Shown here: one piece after another, positions 34,031 through 45,942 of the stretch
How positions within the stretch are numbered: the first letter of the stretch is position 1
Layout: each line of letters starts with the position of its first letter
Origin: Macrostomum lignano
Lineage: Eukaryota
Reading direction: 5' to 3'
Assembly: GCA_002269645.1 (NCBI GenBank)
Contig: NIVC01000599.1
Span: 29,393 to 93,392, forward strand
Length of the DNA: 64,000 nucleotides
Position numbers and translations under genes: made by a program
Notes under the pieces: generated by a model
Seen by the model: only the letters and a program-made list of their open reading frames with translations
Databases searched by the model: none
Told to the model about the DNA's origin: nothing

Positions 34031-35344
34031 TGCCATAGACAGATACGGTCAAGAAAAGTCCGATTTCCAGAGAGCATGCCAAATGCACTGGCGATAGACT
34101 AATACTAATATGCGTTCCTGACAGGCCTCCGGCTCATTTCCAAGAAATTCGTGAGCAGCATCGTTTTACTTCGATTGTCAATGAGCTCACTCAGGGTGCA
34201 CATCGGCTGTTTTTTTGTTTTTTTCTCTCTAGTCTATTTTTCCCTAGTCGAAACTGAAAGCATCTACTTATGGGCTATACGCTGTCGTTGACTATATGAA
34301 GTCTGCAACCTCTGACATCAAACTCTTATTCGCAGCAATGGCTCCGGTCGCGTTACGGCATTCAATCATATTTTGCATCGACAGGAAAGGAAATAACCCT
34401 GGCTGGGTGTCAGGCTTTGAGCATAATTAAGTGATTTATGATGAGTCTGGCTCTGTTTAACGGCTGGCGAATTTTTCATTACTTCACCTTTTTACAGTTA
34501 CTAGCCAAAAGTGCAAGCACCTGAGCACCCAGAGATAGTGCTGGCCAGCATGACATTATATCCAGGATCCGTATTTTCGTGATTGATTCACAATTCTGTA
34601 TCAGTTGTTATTGTTTTTACGAAATAAACTCGTATGTTATTGAAGGCTTACTGGTCCGAAGCAACTGAGATGCACGGCTGAAGACCACTGCATGTGTTTA
34701 ACTTGCTGACAAAAGTCAGGCAGAAGTGAGTCCAGCAGTCTCGGGCTTCGGCATATCCCGAGGCCTGTGTGTCTTAATATTCCAACTTCAAACTGCAGCC
34801 TCTCGATTGCGCTTTGTGCTAACAACCACATAGAGTAGTAGCTCTCAGGTTAATGAGCTCGACGGAACCTAAAAGCAATGAACGTACTTTTAACAGACGC
34901 AAAGTCAACTTGAATCTGCTGTTGCCTTTGTAGATGTAGAAGATGTTAAGCTACTTACTAAGTAGTATAAATCATCGTTCTTGTATTGGTAAAGACTGGC
35001 TTGGAACCGTAGCTCGTAGCTGTGCGAATCTTTGTCAGGTGCATTTATTTCAAGCCATGCTATGCGGGCCAGCTATTGTCTGTTGCTTTTTGAGAGGAAT
35101 GCGCTGCTCCATATTTAGTCAAGTAAATGCTTATGCTCAATGCTCAAAAAATATTGACAAGCTGTCTATTTATAAGGGTTTGGATAAAAGCATTTTGGCT
35201 CAATCATTTCGATGGCTCACTTCAATTGTCGAGTCGCATCCAGCCGAACCGTAGGAAAAAGTGCAAATAATGTATTGTGACATGATGAGCTGGACTCATT
35301 AACAGTGAGCAAGACAGCATTCACGAGGTTCAATGATTTTTTGT

Positions 35345-36565
35345 ACAAGTTTCGGGTTGGGGGGGGGACAAGTTTCGGGTTGGGGGGCAAGTCTCGGGTT
35401 GGGGGGCAAGTCTCGGGTTTGAGGGGGGGCAAGTTTCGGGTTGGGGGGGGGGCAAGTCTCGGGTTGGGGGGGCAAGTCTCGGGTTGGGGGGCAAGTCTCG
35501 GGTTGGGGGGCAAGTCTCGGGTTGGGGGGCAATTCTCGGGTTGGGGGGGACAAGTCTCGGGTTGGGGGTTGGGGGGGGCAAGTCTCGGGTTGGGGGGGCA
35601 AGTCTCGGGTTGGGGGTTGGGGGGGGGGCAAGTCTCGGGTTGGGGGGGGCAAGTCTCGGGTTACTTACTTACTTACTTACTACTGACGGGGGGCGCAGGC
35701 GCCGCGAATAGGCCGCGAGGCCCCTATCGCAACCCCAAGGTAAAAGAGCAAAGTCTCGGGTTGGGGGGGCAAGTCTCGGGTTGGGGGGCAAGTCTCGGGT
35801 TGGGGGGGCAAGTCTCGGGTTGGGGGGGGGCAAGTCTCGGGTTGGGGGGGCAAGTCTCGGGTTGGGGGGCAAGTCTCGGGTTGGGGGCAAGTCTCGGGTT
35901 GGGGGCAAGTTTCGGGTTGGGGGGGACAAGTCTCGGGTTGGGGGGCAAGTCTCGGGTTGGGGGGCAAGTCTCGGGTTGGGGGCAAGTTTCGGGTTGGGGG
36001 GGACAAGTCTCGGGTTGGGGGGCAAGTCTCGGGTTGGGGGGCAAGTCTCGGGTTGGGGGGCAAGTCTCGGGTTGGGGGGGGCAAGTCTCGGGTTGGGGGG
36101 GCAAGTCTCGGGTTGGGGGGCAAGTCTCGGGTTGGGGGGCAAGTCTCGGGTTGGGGGCAAGTCTCGGGTTGGGGGGCAAGTCTCGGGTTGGGGGGGGCAA
36201 GTCTCGGGTTGGGGGGGGCAAGTCTCGGGTTGGGGGGCAAGTCTCGGGTTGGGGGGGCAAGTCTCGGGTTGGGGGGCATGCAAGTCTCGGGTTGGGGGGC
36301 AAGTCTCGGGTTGGGGGGGCAAGTCTCGGGTTGGGGGGGGGCAAGTCTCGGGTTGGGGGGCAAGTCTCGGGTTGGGGGCAAGTCTCGGGTTGGGGGGCAA
36401 GTCTCGGGTTGGGGGGCAAGTCTCGGGTTGGGGGGGCAAGTCTCGGGTTGGGGGGGCAAGTCTCGGGTTGGGGGGGGCAAGTCTCGGGTTGGGGGGCAAG
36501 TCTCGGGTTGGGGGGGCAAGTCTCGGGTTGGGGGGGCAAGTCTCGAATTGGGGGGCAAGTGTCGG
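35345..36565 (+). repeat. G-rich minisatellite (CAAGTCTCGGGTTG5-9)n, array 1
   Basis: About 55 units of 18-22 bp differing in G-run length. Confidence 0.97.
35661..35750 (-). mobile_element. 5'-truncated non-LTR retroelement 3' end with a (TAAG)n tail, inserted in the G-rich array
   Basis: Minus strand reads ...GGCCTATTCGCGGCGCCTGCGCCCCCCGTCAG-TAG-(TAAG)n-TAA. It is flanked by AAGTCTCGGG at 35651-35660 and 35751-35760. Confidence 0.7.
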
Positions 36566-37104
36566 GCTGGGAGGAATCGAAGCCCCATCAATCAGCTCTA
36601 GACCTTAGCAGCAGAATCCCCAGAAGCAGTACACAACAGCAATTTAGATTGAGCAGCTTGTACTTTGCTTTATCTTAGAAATTTTTTATTCTCCAAATTC
36701 GTACAAACCAAGACGTAGATGCCAGAAATTATATCGACCAGAAATTAGCAGACAGATGCTGCCTCATGACGTGGATTTGATGGACACTCGTGACAGAGAC
36801 ATTTGACAGCGCGAAATTTCATTTTTTTCAATTTATCGGAAATTCATCGCGACTGCGTGGGTGCTTAGCAATAAAACTAGATTTATCTTTCGACCAATAT
36901 AAATTCAAGAAATTTTAAAATCGGTCAGACATGAGGCAAAACCTGCTCAAGTTCACAGAAACAGTCTAAACTGCTTGAGTGCCACGTTGTACAGGAAGAA
37001 ATCTGTTTTTTAAGCACAAAAGCTCACAGCATCTTGTTTTTCTAAAGAGATATGAAGATGAGGTTTCTTAAGAAATCAGTTTACAGAGTGCTACTGTGCT
37101 TTGA

Positions 37105-37475
37105 TTCGCTTAATATAGATATGGATATGGATATGGATATGGATATAGATATGGATATGGATATGGTTATGGATATAGATATGGATATGGATATGAATAT
37201 GGATATGGATATGGATATGGATATGGATATGGATATGGATATGGTTATGGATATGGATATGGATATGGATATGGATATGGATATGGTTATGGATATAGAT
37301 ATGGTTATGGATATGGATATGGATATGGTTATGGATATAGATATGGTTATGGATATGGATATGGACATGGATATGGTTATGGATACGGATATGGTTATGG
37401 ATATAGATATGGGTATGGATATGGATATGGATATGGATATGGATATGGATATGGATATGGATATGGATATGGATA
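37105..37475. repeat. (ATATGG)n hexanucleotide microsatellite
   Basis: About 60 units with GTTATG and ATATAG variants. The Met-Asp ORF is an artefact. Confidence 0.97.
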
Positions 37476-38621
37476 ATTATTTAGCTACGGTTACGGATAG
37501 GCTACAGGAGAAAATGAAGACACGGCCAAAAATCATCCAATACATATCAAAACAAGTGCAGCTCGCACAATGCCAATTTCCATTCGATCCATTCGAGGAC
37601 TCGAGATTTCTAATCCCGAAGCTCGAATGCTCAATTATGCCTCTATAGGCTGGCTTAGCGACTCGAGGCCATGGCAGGCCAAGGCGAGGAGGGTCCCGGA
37701 GCGGAGGAGCAGGAGATGAATCAATGCTTAATCCGGATAAAACCGCCGCCTTCCCAGCAGCCTTGATGCCTCGCGTTGGTTTGCTTTGCCACTCGCGGAG
37801 GCTGCGGATGAATGATGATGATGATGATGAAGATAAAAAGGTACGAATGCTTCAGCTGAAGGAATTTTGATCAGGCGGTAGGCGGGACAGAGAAATTGTC
37901 AGAGAGAATCAGTGCAGCCGTCAGCTGATGCTCTAATCCAGAGATTAAAAATGTCATATACCAAACATGTGCATGTCGTTAATCCCAGTCATGGAAGTGG
38001 GTTACTTACTAATCAAGTAAGTCGGGTCATTCCAGCAAAGTGATAAGCTGTGAATTTAGCGCTAAGAACTGAAAAGGGGGACCGTAGCCCAATGGTCTAA
38101 GCAATGGTCAGTGGCCTAAAGTTAGGGCGGCTGTACAGGCAGGACTGTTATCATGTACATTGTGAGGCACAGGTCACGTGATTGGTTCCCGCGGCAGCTC
38201 TTTCCTATTGGCTGATCAGTTCACAGCTCTGTTTGAATAATGATGAACTCAACGAATTTTGTACTCAATTATTTTAAATCAATTCAAAATATTGACAAGA
38301 CACTTCGAATAAAAAGATGAATAAATTTTGCTGATTTTTTAAATTTTAATCTGGCAAACGCTGGACACTCTTCACAGGGCGTGGTCATCGTTCTGCAGTC
38401 TTGCAGTTATTAGTTTTAGCTGGTCAGCTGGTTACAATTTTATCGGGCTGAAATTTATACATGCTTTAAAAACAGATTTAATTTGCGTTGCCCCACCGCG
38501 GACCGAGCAATTGCAATCGAAATGTTCCCGAAGTGGAAAAGCTGGCAAGTGCGTTCGCGTCAGCAATATTGACTTCAAAATTCTGCTTGAGAACGGGCTG
38601 GCTAGCAGTTGCTCAGACCCG

Positions 38622-41600
38622 TCAGTCAATCTCAACCATGGCCACCGCCGGGGCACCCTGCAGCAGACGTGATTGACAGTCCCTCCCACAGCCGCTCCTC
38701 GTTGCTGGCCCGGCGGCCTCCTCCGTCTCGACAAATTCCTCGCCGTCGTCATCCTCGCCGTTGACATTCTCGCCGTTGCCTAGGTCGTCGCCGTCGTTAG
38801 CTTCGCGGCAGAGACAGCGGCGCCAGCGCAGCGAGTCAACCAGCCGGGCTCGAAAGCTGCGCATCACGGCGCAGTAGACGATGGGGTTGGCGCAGGAGTT
38901 CACGGTGACCAGGCAGACTCCGATGAGCTGCAGGGTTGAGTTGTACTCGTAGCGCACCACGCCCAGGTGGCCCAGCAGGTAGTGCAGGCAGTCGTAGCTC
39001 AAGCTGGCCACGAAGATGCAGGCGATCACCGCGGCCGACTTCGTGAGCTCCGAGGCGGCCCGCTGGATGAGGCGCGGCCGGCCGCTGGCGTTGGTGACGG
39101 TTCTGGTGCCGGCGCTGCTGACCCGGCGGCTGAGCTGGCAGATGATGCGCGAGTAGAGGCAAGCCAGCACCACCGCAGGTGCCAGGTAGACCAGGGCCAG
39201 CCAGAGAAAGCCGTACACCTGTGCATTGCGGCGCGGTCAGGGGTAGGGGTAGCTATGTGCTCCAATCAATTCTATGGAAGCCAATTTACTCTTAAAACTT
39301 GAATCTTTGCAAAATTTGCCTAAAAAACACAAATTATTCAAGCTTCTTTTTCTCGATAAACGTGTGACTGAACCTACAACGAAACATGTACTTGCTTCAT
39401 TTGTACTTCAGAAGTGCAGAAGGTGATGTATGGAGGAGAATTGGGTGCAAGATGGAACTACAAAGAAACTTTTTTAAGATTTTAGCACTTTTCACCTCAG
39501 ACATGCGCACTTTTACGAAGAGCATTTCTAGCGTCTGGATTTTCAGTCGTCGTATTTTCGCGGAAGGCTAGCCAATCAGGTGCCTCCGCGGCGAGAGACG
39601 ATTGGACTGGCCCAAACGAGTGAGAAAGAAGGCGGAAGGCTAGCCAATCAGGTGCCTCCGCGGCGAGAGACATGATTGTACTGGCCCAAACGAAAGAGGA
39701 AGAAGGCGGAAGGCTAGCCAATCAGGTGCCTCCGCGGCAAGAGACATGATTGTACTGGACCAAATGAGAGAGAAAGAAGGCGGAAGGCTAGCCAATCAGG
39801 TGCCTCCGCGGCGAGAGACATGATTAGTCGATTGTACTGGCCCAAACGAGAGAGAAAGACGAAAAGACGCCAGCCAATGAAAATGAAAACGAGAAAAATA
39901 AAATGAAGAACGACAGCTTAAGACGGAGGGGGGCAGACCAGAAGGAACCAGTGGCAGTGAGTCGGATAGCGCACGGGTCGGGGCAAGGGCATTGTGAGGC
40001 GCAGCTCACAACACAATGTCCTAAGATAATGAAGGCATGAGCTACAGGTGTTATTACTTGAGAACTGTCTCTGATCTTCAATATTTAGACCTGTTTGCAT
40101 TCCAAATATGACTTGGAGCAACTGTTGCGGTATTTTAAGAAAGCTAATTTCCTTTCCAGCCACAGCTCTGCGAGGTTTCCCAGCCTATCCTTTACTAACA
40201 CCCGACACCTGCGTGATATGGATTAGCGGAACTAATTAAGTACAAACTAAGGTACAGGTACGGCCTCAGGCCGGAAATCATCAACGTTCGCTATTTACGT
40301 AGTAAGGCTCGGAGTTCGATACTCGTACTTACTCAGTAAAATATGCGATACAATTAAAGTGCATTCAAGAGATGCCAGAAGGTTTTTTGCTTTTATTAAA
40401 GATCGTTGCGCGTCCTCTAGGGTTTAAGGTTTCCATTGTTGGTATGATTGGATCAGAGAGACCACAGTTTTCACAATTCAATCTAAACTGGTGGATCTCT
40501 ATACCTTTCAGGCCGATGGTGCAGGTGCCGCAGGCACTCATTTTGGCGCCGCAGGCACTCATTTTAGCGCCTTACGAGCGTGGACACTTATTTTAGCGCT
40601 GCAGACACCCATTTTGGCACCGAAGACATTCATTTTGGCGCCGCAGGCACTCATTTTGGCGCCGCAGGCACTCATTTTGGCGCCGCAGACATTCATTTTG
40701 GCGCCGCAGGCACTCATTTTGGCGCCGCAGGCACTCATTTTGGCGCCGCAGACACTCATTTTAGCGCCTTACGAGCGTGGACACTTTTTTTTGGCGCCGC
40801 AGACACTCATTTTGGCACCAAAGACACACATTTTGGCGCCACAGCCACTAATTTTAGTGCCGCATTCAGGCACTCATTTTGGCGCCGCAGGCACTCATTT
40901 TGGCGCCGCAGGCACTCATTTTGGAGCCGCATCTCTAAAGGGGTTGGTTAGAGTGTCGGACTCACGTTTGAAGGTCGGGGGTTCGATTCCCAATCCCACT
41001 GGAACAATTTGTGTCCTGAGTATGACACTTAACTCTGCATTGCTTCAGTTTATCCAGCTGTAAAATGGGTGCCAGCATTAGCGTGATAATTGAGGGTGTG
41101 TGTGGCACCATTGTACTTCAGTTGCCCATGCACTCAGGGTGTACAGCAGCGGCCCGGACTTTCTCATTGACAGCATGCATGTACACCCTGCGCCTAATTA
41201 GAGCCTGTTAACCCGACTGTTAGTCGCCAAGCTCTCTCACCTTGAACACGGTCTTCACGGAGATCTCGCCAGTACAGTTGTTCGTCGCCGGAGTGTACGT
41301 GACTGAGAAAACGTCCACGGCGTTGACCAGCAGCGAGTAGCCGTGCAGCAGGGCGATGCAGATTGCCGCCTGCCTGGCGCCGAGCAGTTTGTACTCCACA
41401 GGCCGGCACACCGCCCAGTACCTGTCCGCCGCGATCAGCAGCAGGTTCTGCACGCTGGAGAACACCGTGCACCAGAAGAAGAACTGGCTGTCGATTACAT
41501 GGCAGAGCACGAAGCCCAGAGCCCTGCTCACGGTGGGGTTCTGCTCCGGCTTCAGCAGCAGAGCCAGGGTGAAGCCGGAGACGGCCAGGTCCAGCAGCGT

Positions 41601-41747
41601 CTGATGCAGCATGAGGCTGGACGCGAACTTGGACCGAGGGTAGCGATGCCGGAGCAGGGTGGCGGCCACCAGGGAGTTGCCAGTCAGGCCCAGCAACGAC
41701 AGGCAACCGAGAAGCCACTGCACAAGGATGGGCAGGTTCGATTCCAT
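38622..41747 (-). CDS. Class A (rhodopsin-like) peptide-type GPCR, 2 exons, ~367 aa
   Basis: Exons 41747-41241 and 39218-38622, phase 0. Motifs GLTGNSLV (TM1), QTLLDL (TM2), LCHV..., AADRYWAVCRP (DRY), LAPAVVLACLYSRI (TM5), and NSCANPIVY (NPxxY). Confidence 0.9.
39561..39850 (+). repeat. ~73-bp tandem repeat x4 with CCAAT motifs, in the GPCR intron
   Basis: CGGAAGGCTAGCCAATCAGGTGCCTCCGCGG starts at 39561, 39633, 39707 and 39781. Confidence 0.9.
40525..40930 (+). repeat. 21-bp minisatellite GCAGGCACTCATTTTGGCGCC x~16, in the GPCR intron
   Basis: Period 21 with variants; each intact unit contains TTTTGGCGC. Confidence 0.93.
40940..41110 (+). mobile_element. tRNA-derived SINE, copy 2 (truncated)
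   Basis: GGGGGTTCGATTCCC B box and TTTGTGTCCTGAGTATGACACTTAACTCTGC core, homologous to 30601. Confidence 0.8.
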
Positions 41748-42124
41748 AGCCAGCAGGATTTGGCTTTAGCGGAGCCCACAATAAACGGAAAAAATGCGTT
41801 GAGACGGATGGGCCAAGAAAGACCCCCTTTCTCTCTAAAGACCCCCTTTCTCTCTCCAGTCTCAGCTGAACAGCCAATGAGTTCAGCTGGGCAATCCTCA
41901 ATCTCGAAGCCTTCGAGCAACTTCCGCCAATGAGAAATCTAAGGCAGCGTTTTCAGGGACTTCTAAAAACTATTGTTTCTGGACGGGGATTTGGAAAGTC
42001 AGGCCAGGAGACTTGAGTGTCCGGGTTTTTCGGACATCGTAGAAAAATTCAGTAAAACCTACGGAAAGCTGAACTAAACTGGCATGCCATCGGCCAGTGC
42101 TGCGGGCTGCTGTGGGGCACGTCA

Positions 42125-43150
42125 CGGGTTGGGGGGGGGGGCAAGTCTCGGGTTGGGGGGGGGCAAGTCTCGGGTTGGGGGGATGCTAGTCTCGGGTTGG
42201 GGGGCAAGTCTCGGGTTGGGGGGGAAAGTCTCGGGTTGGGGGGCATGCAAGTCTCGGGTTGGGGGGGAAAGTCTCGGGTTGGGGGCATGCAAGTCTCGGG
42301 TTGGGGGCATGCTAGTCTCGGGTTGGGGGCATGCAAGTCTCGGGTGGGGGCATGCAAGTCTCGGGTTGGGGGGCATGCAAGTCTCGGGTTGGGGGGGAAA
42401 GTCTCGGGTTGGGGGCATGCAAGTCTCGGGTTGGGGGCATGCTAGTCTCGGGTTGGGGGCATGCAAGTCTCGGGTGGGGGGCATGCAAGTCTCGGGTTGG
42501 GGGGCATGCAAGTCTCGGGTTGGGGGGGAAAGTCTCGGGTGGGGGGCATGCAAGTCTCGGGTTGGGGGGCATGCAAGTCTCGGGTTGGGGGGAAAGTCTC
42601 GGGTTGGGGGCATGCAAGTCTCGGGTTGGGGGCATGCTAGTCTCGGGTTGGGGGCATGCAAGTCTCGGGTGGGGGGCATGCAAGTCTCGGGTTGGGGGCA
42701 TGCAAGTCTCGGGTTGGGGGGGAAAGTCTCGGGTGGGGGGCATGCAAGTCTCGGGTTGGGGGCATGCAAGTCTCGGGTTGGGGGGGAAAGTCTCGGGTTG
42801 GGGGCATGCAAGTCTCGGGTGGGGGGCATGCAAGTTTCGGGTGGGGGGCATGCAAGTCTCGGGTTGGGGGCATGCAAGTCTCGGGTGGGGGGCATGCAAG
42901 TCTCGGGTTGGGGGCATGCAAGTCTCGGGTGGGGGGCATGCAAGTTTCGGGTGGGGGCATGCAAGTCTCGGGTTGGGGGCATGCAAGTCTCGGGTGGGGG
43001 CATGCAAGTCTCGGGTTGGGGGCATGCAAGTCTCGGGTGGGGGGCATGCAAGTCTCGGGTGGGGGGCATGCAAGTTTCGGGTGGGGGGCATGCAAGTCTC
43101 GGGTGGGGGGCATGCAAGTCTCGGGTTGGGGGGGGAACTCTCGGGGGGGG
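42125..43150 (+). repeat. G-rich minisatellite array 2, variant (CATGCAAGTCTCGGG(TT/T)G5-7)n
   Basis: Same core as array 1 with an added CATG; CTA and GAAA sub-variants. Confidence 0.97.
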
Positions 43151-44024
43151 GCGAGTGTCTGGTCGGAGGCAAGACTCCGTGAACAAATGGCATTGAAGAT
43201 TTTCCGGGGGCTCATTTTGCCTGAGGAAATCGCAGTCTCACATTCTTGAGCTGATAATTTTAGCCGCCCAAAATCCAGCGGCACAATCTGATTATTAATT
43301 ATACGCCGTACGTTTGTAGCTGGCGCAATCAGAGTCTGAGCTGTAGTTGCTTAGCATCGATTGACTTGATGAAGTGCCATAAAGTGAGTTCGATCCGACC
43401 ATATGGTCTGGTCTGTGGGCAGTGCAGCCAACCGGAGCTACAAAAAGCGCTGGACTTGGTGAACTTTTATTGCGCACTTCTTAATCTTGAGCTCAGTGCG
43501 ACTCTCTCAGCTTTTAGCTGGTGATTTGACCAACAAGAGGCGCCAGCTGGATTGTTAATCGGCTGTGCTTGTGGCACTGGCGGGCTCCATTTCACAAATT
43601 AAATCTGAGTAGCTTTTTTATCCAGAAAATATTTTGCAAGACAAGACTTTCTTACTATTAGATTTGGAGAGCTCACTCAAGGAGCTGAGAGCGGGTAGCG
43701 GCAGCTCACTGGCTGCAGTGGTCAGACAATAAGATTACGCAAGCCTGAAACGACTGAAATGCTTCTAAAGGAGACCTATTGCAGGATAATTATCCTCAAC
43801 CAGAATATTCCCTTTGATCTTCTGCTGGTGCAGAAACAGACATGGGAAAGTAAGAGAATTTGCAGCTAAGTGCACTCGTACCTACATTTTCTAATGCTAT
43901 GCAGCATGCATGCTACTCATAATTCTTGAGCAAGCTTAATAAGTTAATCATTCCTATAATTCAATTTTTTACACGATGACTCTTCACGCAAATGCGGCAC
44001 ATGCGGCGGGCTGGAAAGTCCCCA

Positions 44025-44290
44025 CATTCCAGTCCTCACCCTCCAGTCCCCACCCTCCATGCAGTCCTCACCCTCCAGTCCCCACCCTCCAGACCCCACC
44101 CTCCAGTCCCCACCCTCCAGTCCTCACCCTCCAGACCCCTCCCTCCAGTCCCCACCCTCCAGTCCCCACCCTCCAGTCCCCACCATCCAGTCCTCACCCT
44201 CTAGACCCCACCCTCCAATCCCCACCCTCCAGACCCCACCCTCCAGACGCAAACCTCCAGTTCCCAACCTCCAGTCCCCACCCTCCAGTC
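44025..44290. repeat. C-rich 14-15-bp minisatellite CCCCACCCTCCAG(T/A)
   Basis: About 18 units. Confidence 0.9.
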
Positions 44291-44317
44291 CCAATAGACA
44301 TGGAGTGCCTTACCAAT

Positions 44318-44520
44318 AGACAGCTGGGGCACCCACCAAGAGACAGCTGGGGCACCCACCAATAGACAGCTGGGGCACCCACCAAGAAACAGCTGGGGCG
44401 CCCACCAAGAGACAGCTGGGGCGCCCACCAAGAGACAGCTGGGGCACCCACCAAGAGACAGCTGGGGCGCCCACCAAGAGACAGCTGGGGCGCCCAACAA
44501 GAGACAAGCGCCACCCAAGA
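44318..44520. repeat. 23-bp minisatellite GACAGCTGGGGC(A/G)CCCACCAAGA x~8
   Basis: Period 23. Confidence 0.9.
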
Positions 44521-45269
44521 CAGATAGATATTACAATACCATGGATCTCTAGCGCACTTGGAACCCTTCGTCCATTCCAAGTGTTTATTAGCTCCCAGTA
44601 GTCCCTGAACTGTGGCCAAGAAAATGAAATCAAGGGAAACAGCAAGGCAACCACATGCAGACAGGCGCCTGCTTAGCCCAACCTCGCAATGAAGAAATCT
44701 CTTCTGGCGGCAAATCATGGGGGGAACCAAGGCTGCAGGTCTTCAATAATTCTGCAATGGCTTGCCGAGCACGTGTGCCGCAACAACAAGCTTTTTTAAA
44801 CGGAGTTGATTAAAGAAATCTGTGCAGCAGAAATGAATTGCTGCACCACTGTGGCCTTCCACTTCCTGCATCCTTTATGAAGCTTATATTGATGGCTTCA
44901 CATCGCTAATAGGAAATCTCATCTTTCTTCAATTAAATTTGATTGTTTAAAAAGCCCAATAAATTGTCAAGCAGTGAGGCAAACTGCAAAAGCGTGATAG
45001 AACAATGAAAACAATTTCTTGGACTGGAAGCAGAAACATTCAGCTTGGTATTTCAACCTCAGTTCAAACCGCTGACAACGTGATTTGAGTGGAGTGAAGC
45101 TCAGTAATGAATCTCACCAGCATTCTTAAGTGACTCAACAATCACCGGGGACTGGTGTGAGGATGATTCTCAGACTAGCTCTTCTCAGAGATGAATTTAG
45201 GGCCGGGGATTTTTTAGAAGTTAATCTTAAAAGGGAAACTTTCTTGAGCGATTCTCAGAGGTCCACAGG

Positions 45270-45480
45270 AGTGAAGAAGTCTTCAGGAGTGAATCTCAGT
45301 CGTCAGGAGTGAATCTCAGTCGTCAGGAGTGAATCTCAGAAAAAGTCGTCAGAAGTGAATCTCAAAAGTTGCCAGGAGTGAATCTCAGAAGACATCAGGA
45401 GTGAATCTCAGAAGACATCAGGAGTGAATCTCAGAAGACGTCAGGAGTGAATCTCAGAAGACATCAGGAGTGAGTCTCAG
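45270..45480. repeat. CAGGAGTGAATCTCAG-core minisatellite (20-23 bp)
   Basis: About 10 units. Confidence 0.9.
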
Positions 45481-45942
45481 GGCAGTTACCAATCGGACGG
45501 GCAAAGTTTTGAAAGTAAAAATAACAAAGAAGACAGAAGCAAAACTATAGGTTTAAACATTATGTTTAAATAATGTCAGTCCGCGTTATCTATTCCAGAA
45601 ACTTTTCAATGATTCAGTTGCTGGTTGTTCCGCATGGAGCTTTACAGGTGTATTTAACACATTTCATGGAAAAAAGTAGCGGTTTTATAGATGATTAGAA
45701 AACGCACACGAACACTTCAGTTTCGAGGCGCAGCGGCTCAGTTGCTGGATAAATAATTAAGCGTCTCGAGTTAAATTATTCAAGACATGCGCAAACTATC
45801 CTACTGACCGATAGTTAGTAGCATGGCATGAAACAGACGAAACTGAAAAACGATTATCTGACGAAAGTCGGACTGACACAGAAGCATTATTAATCACAAA
45901 GTTTGAGTCCCAACTCAATGATATATTAATGTGTTAACCTCA

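Noticed and set aside
35345-36565. G-rich array as telomeric repeat
   Set aside because: The unit contains GGGTTG but not (TTAGGG)n, includes a fixed CAAGTCTC spacer, and is interstitial.
33102-37648. Long repetitive ORFs (YALCSLLSML, GGQVSGW/PPTRDL, MDMD)
   Set aside because: These are translations of minisatellites that are open in several frames on both strands.
37630-37830. Possible RTE-like 3' end with a (TGA)n tail; a similar (GAGT)n-ended segment lies at ~6840-6995
   Set aside because: The tails are suggestive, but I found no coding remnant or TSD to support a call.
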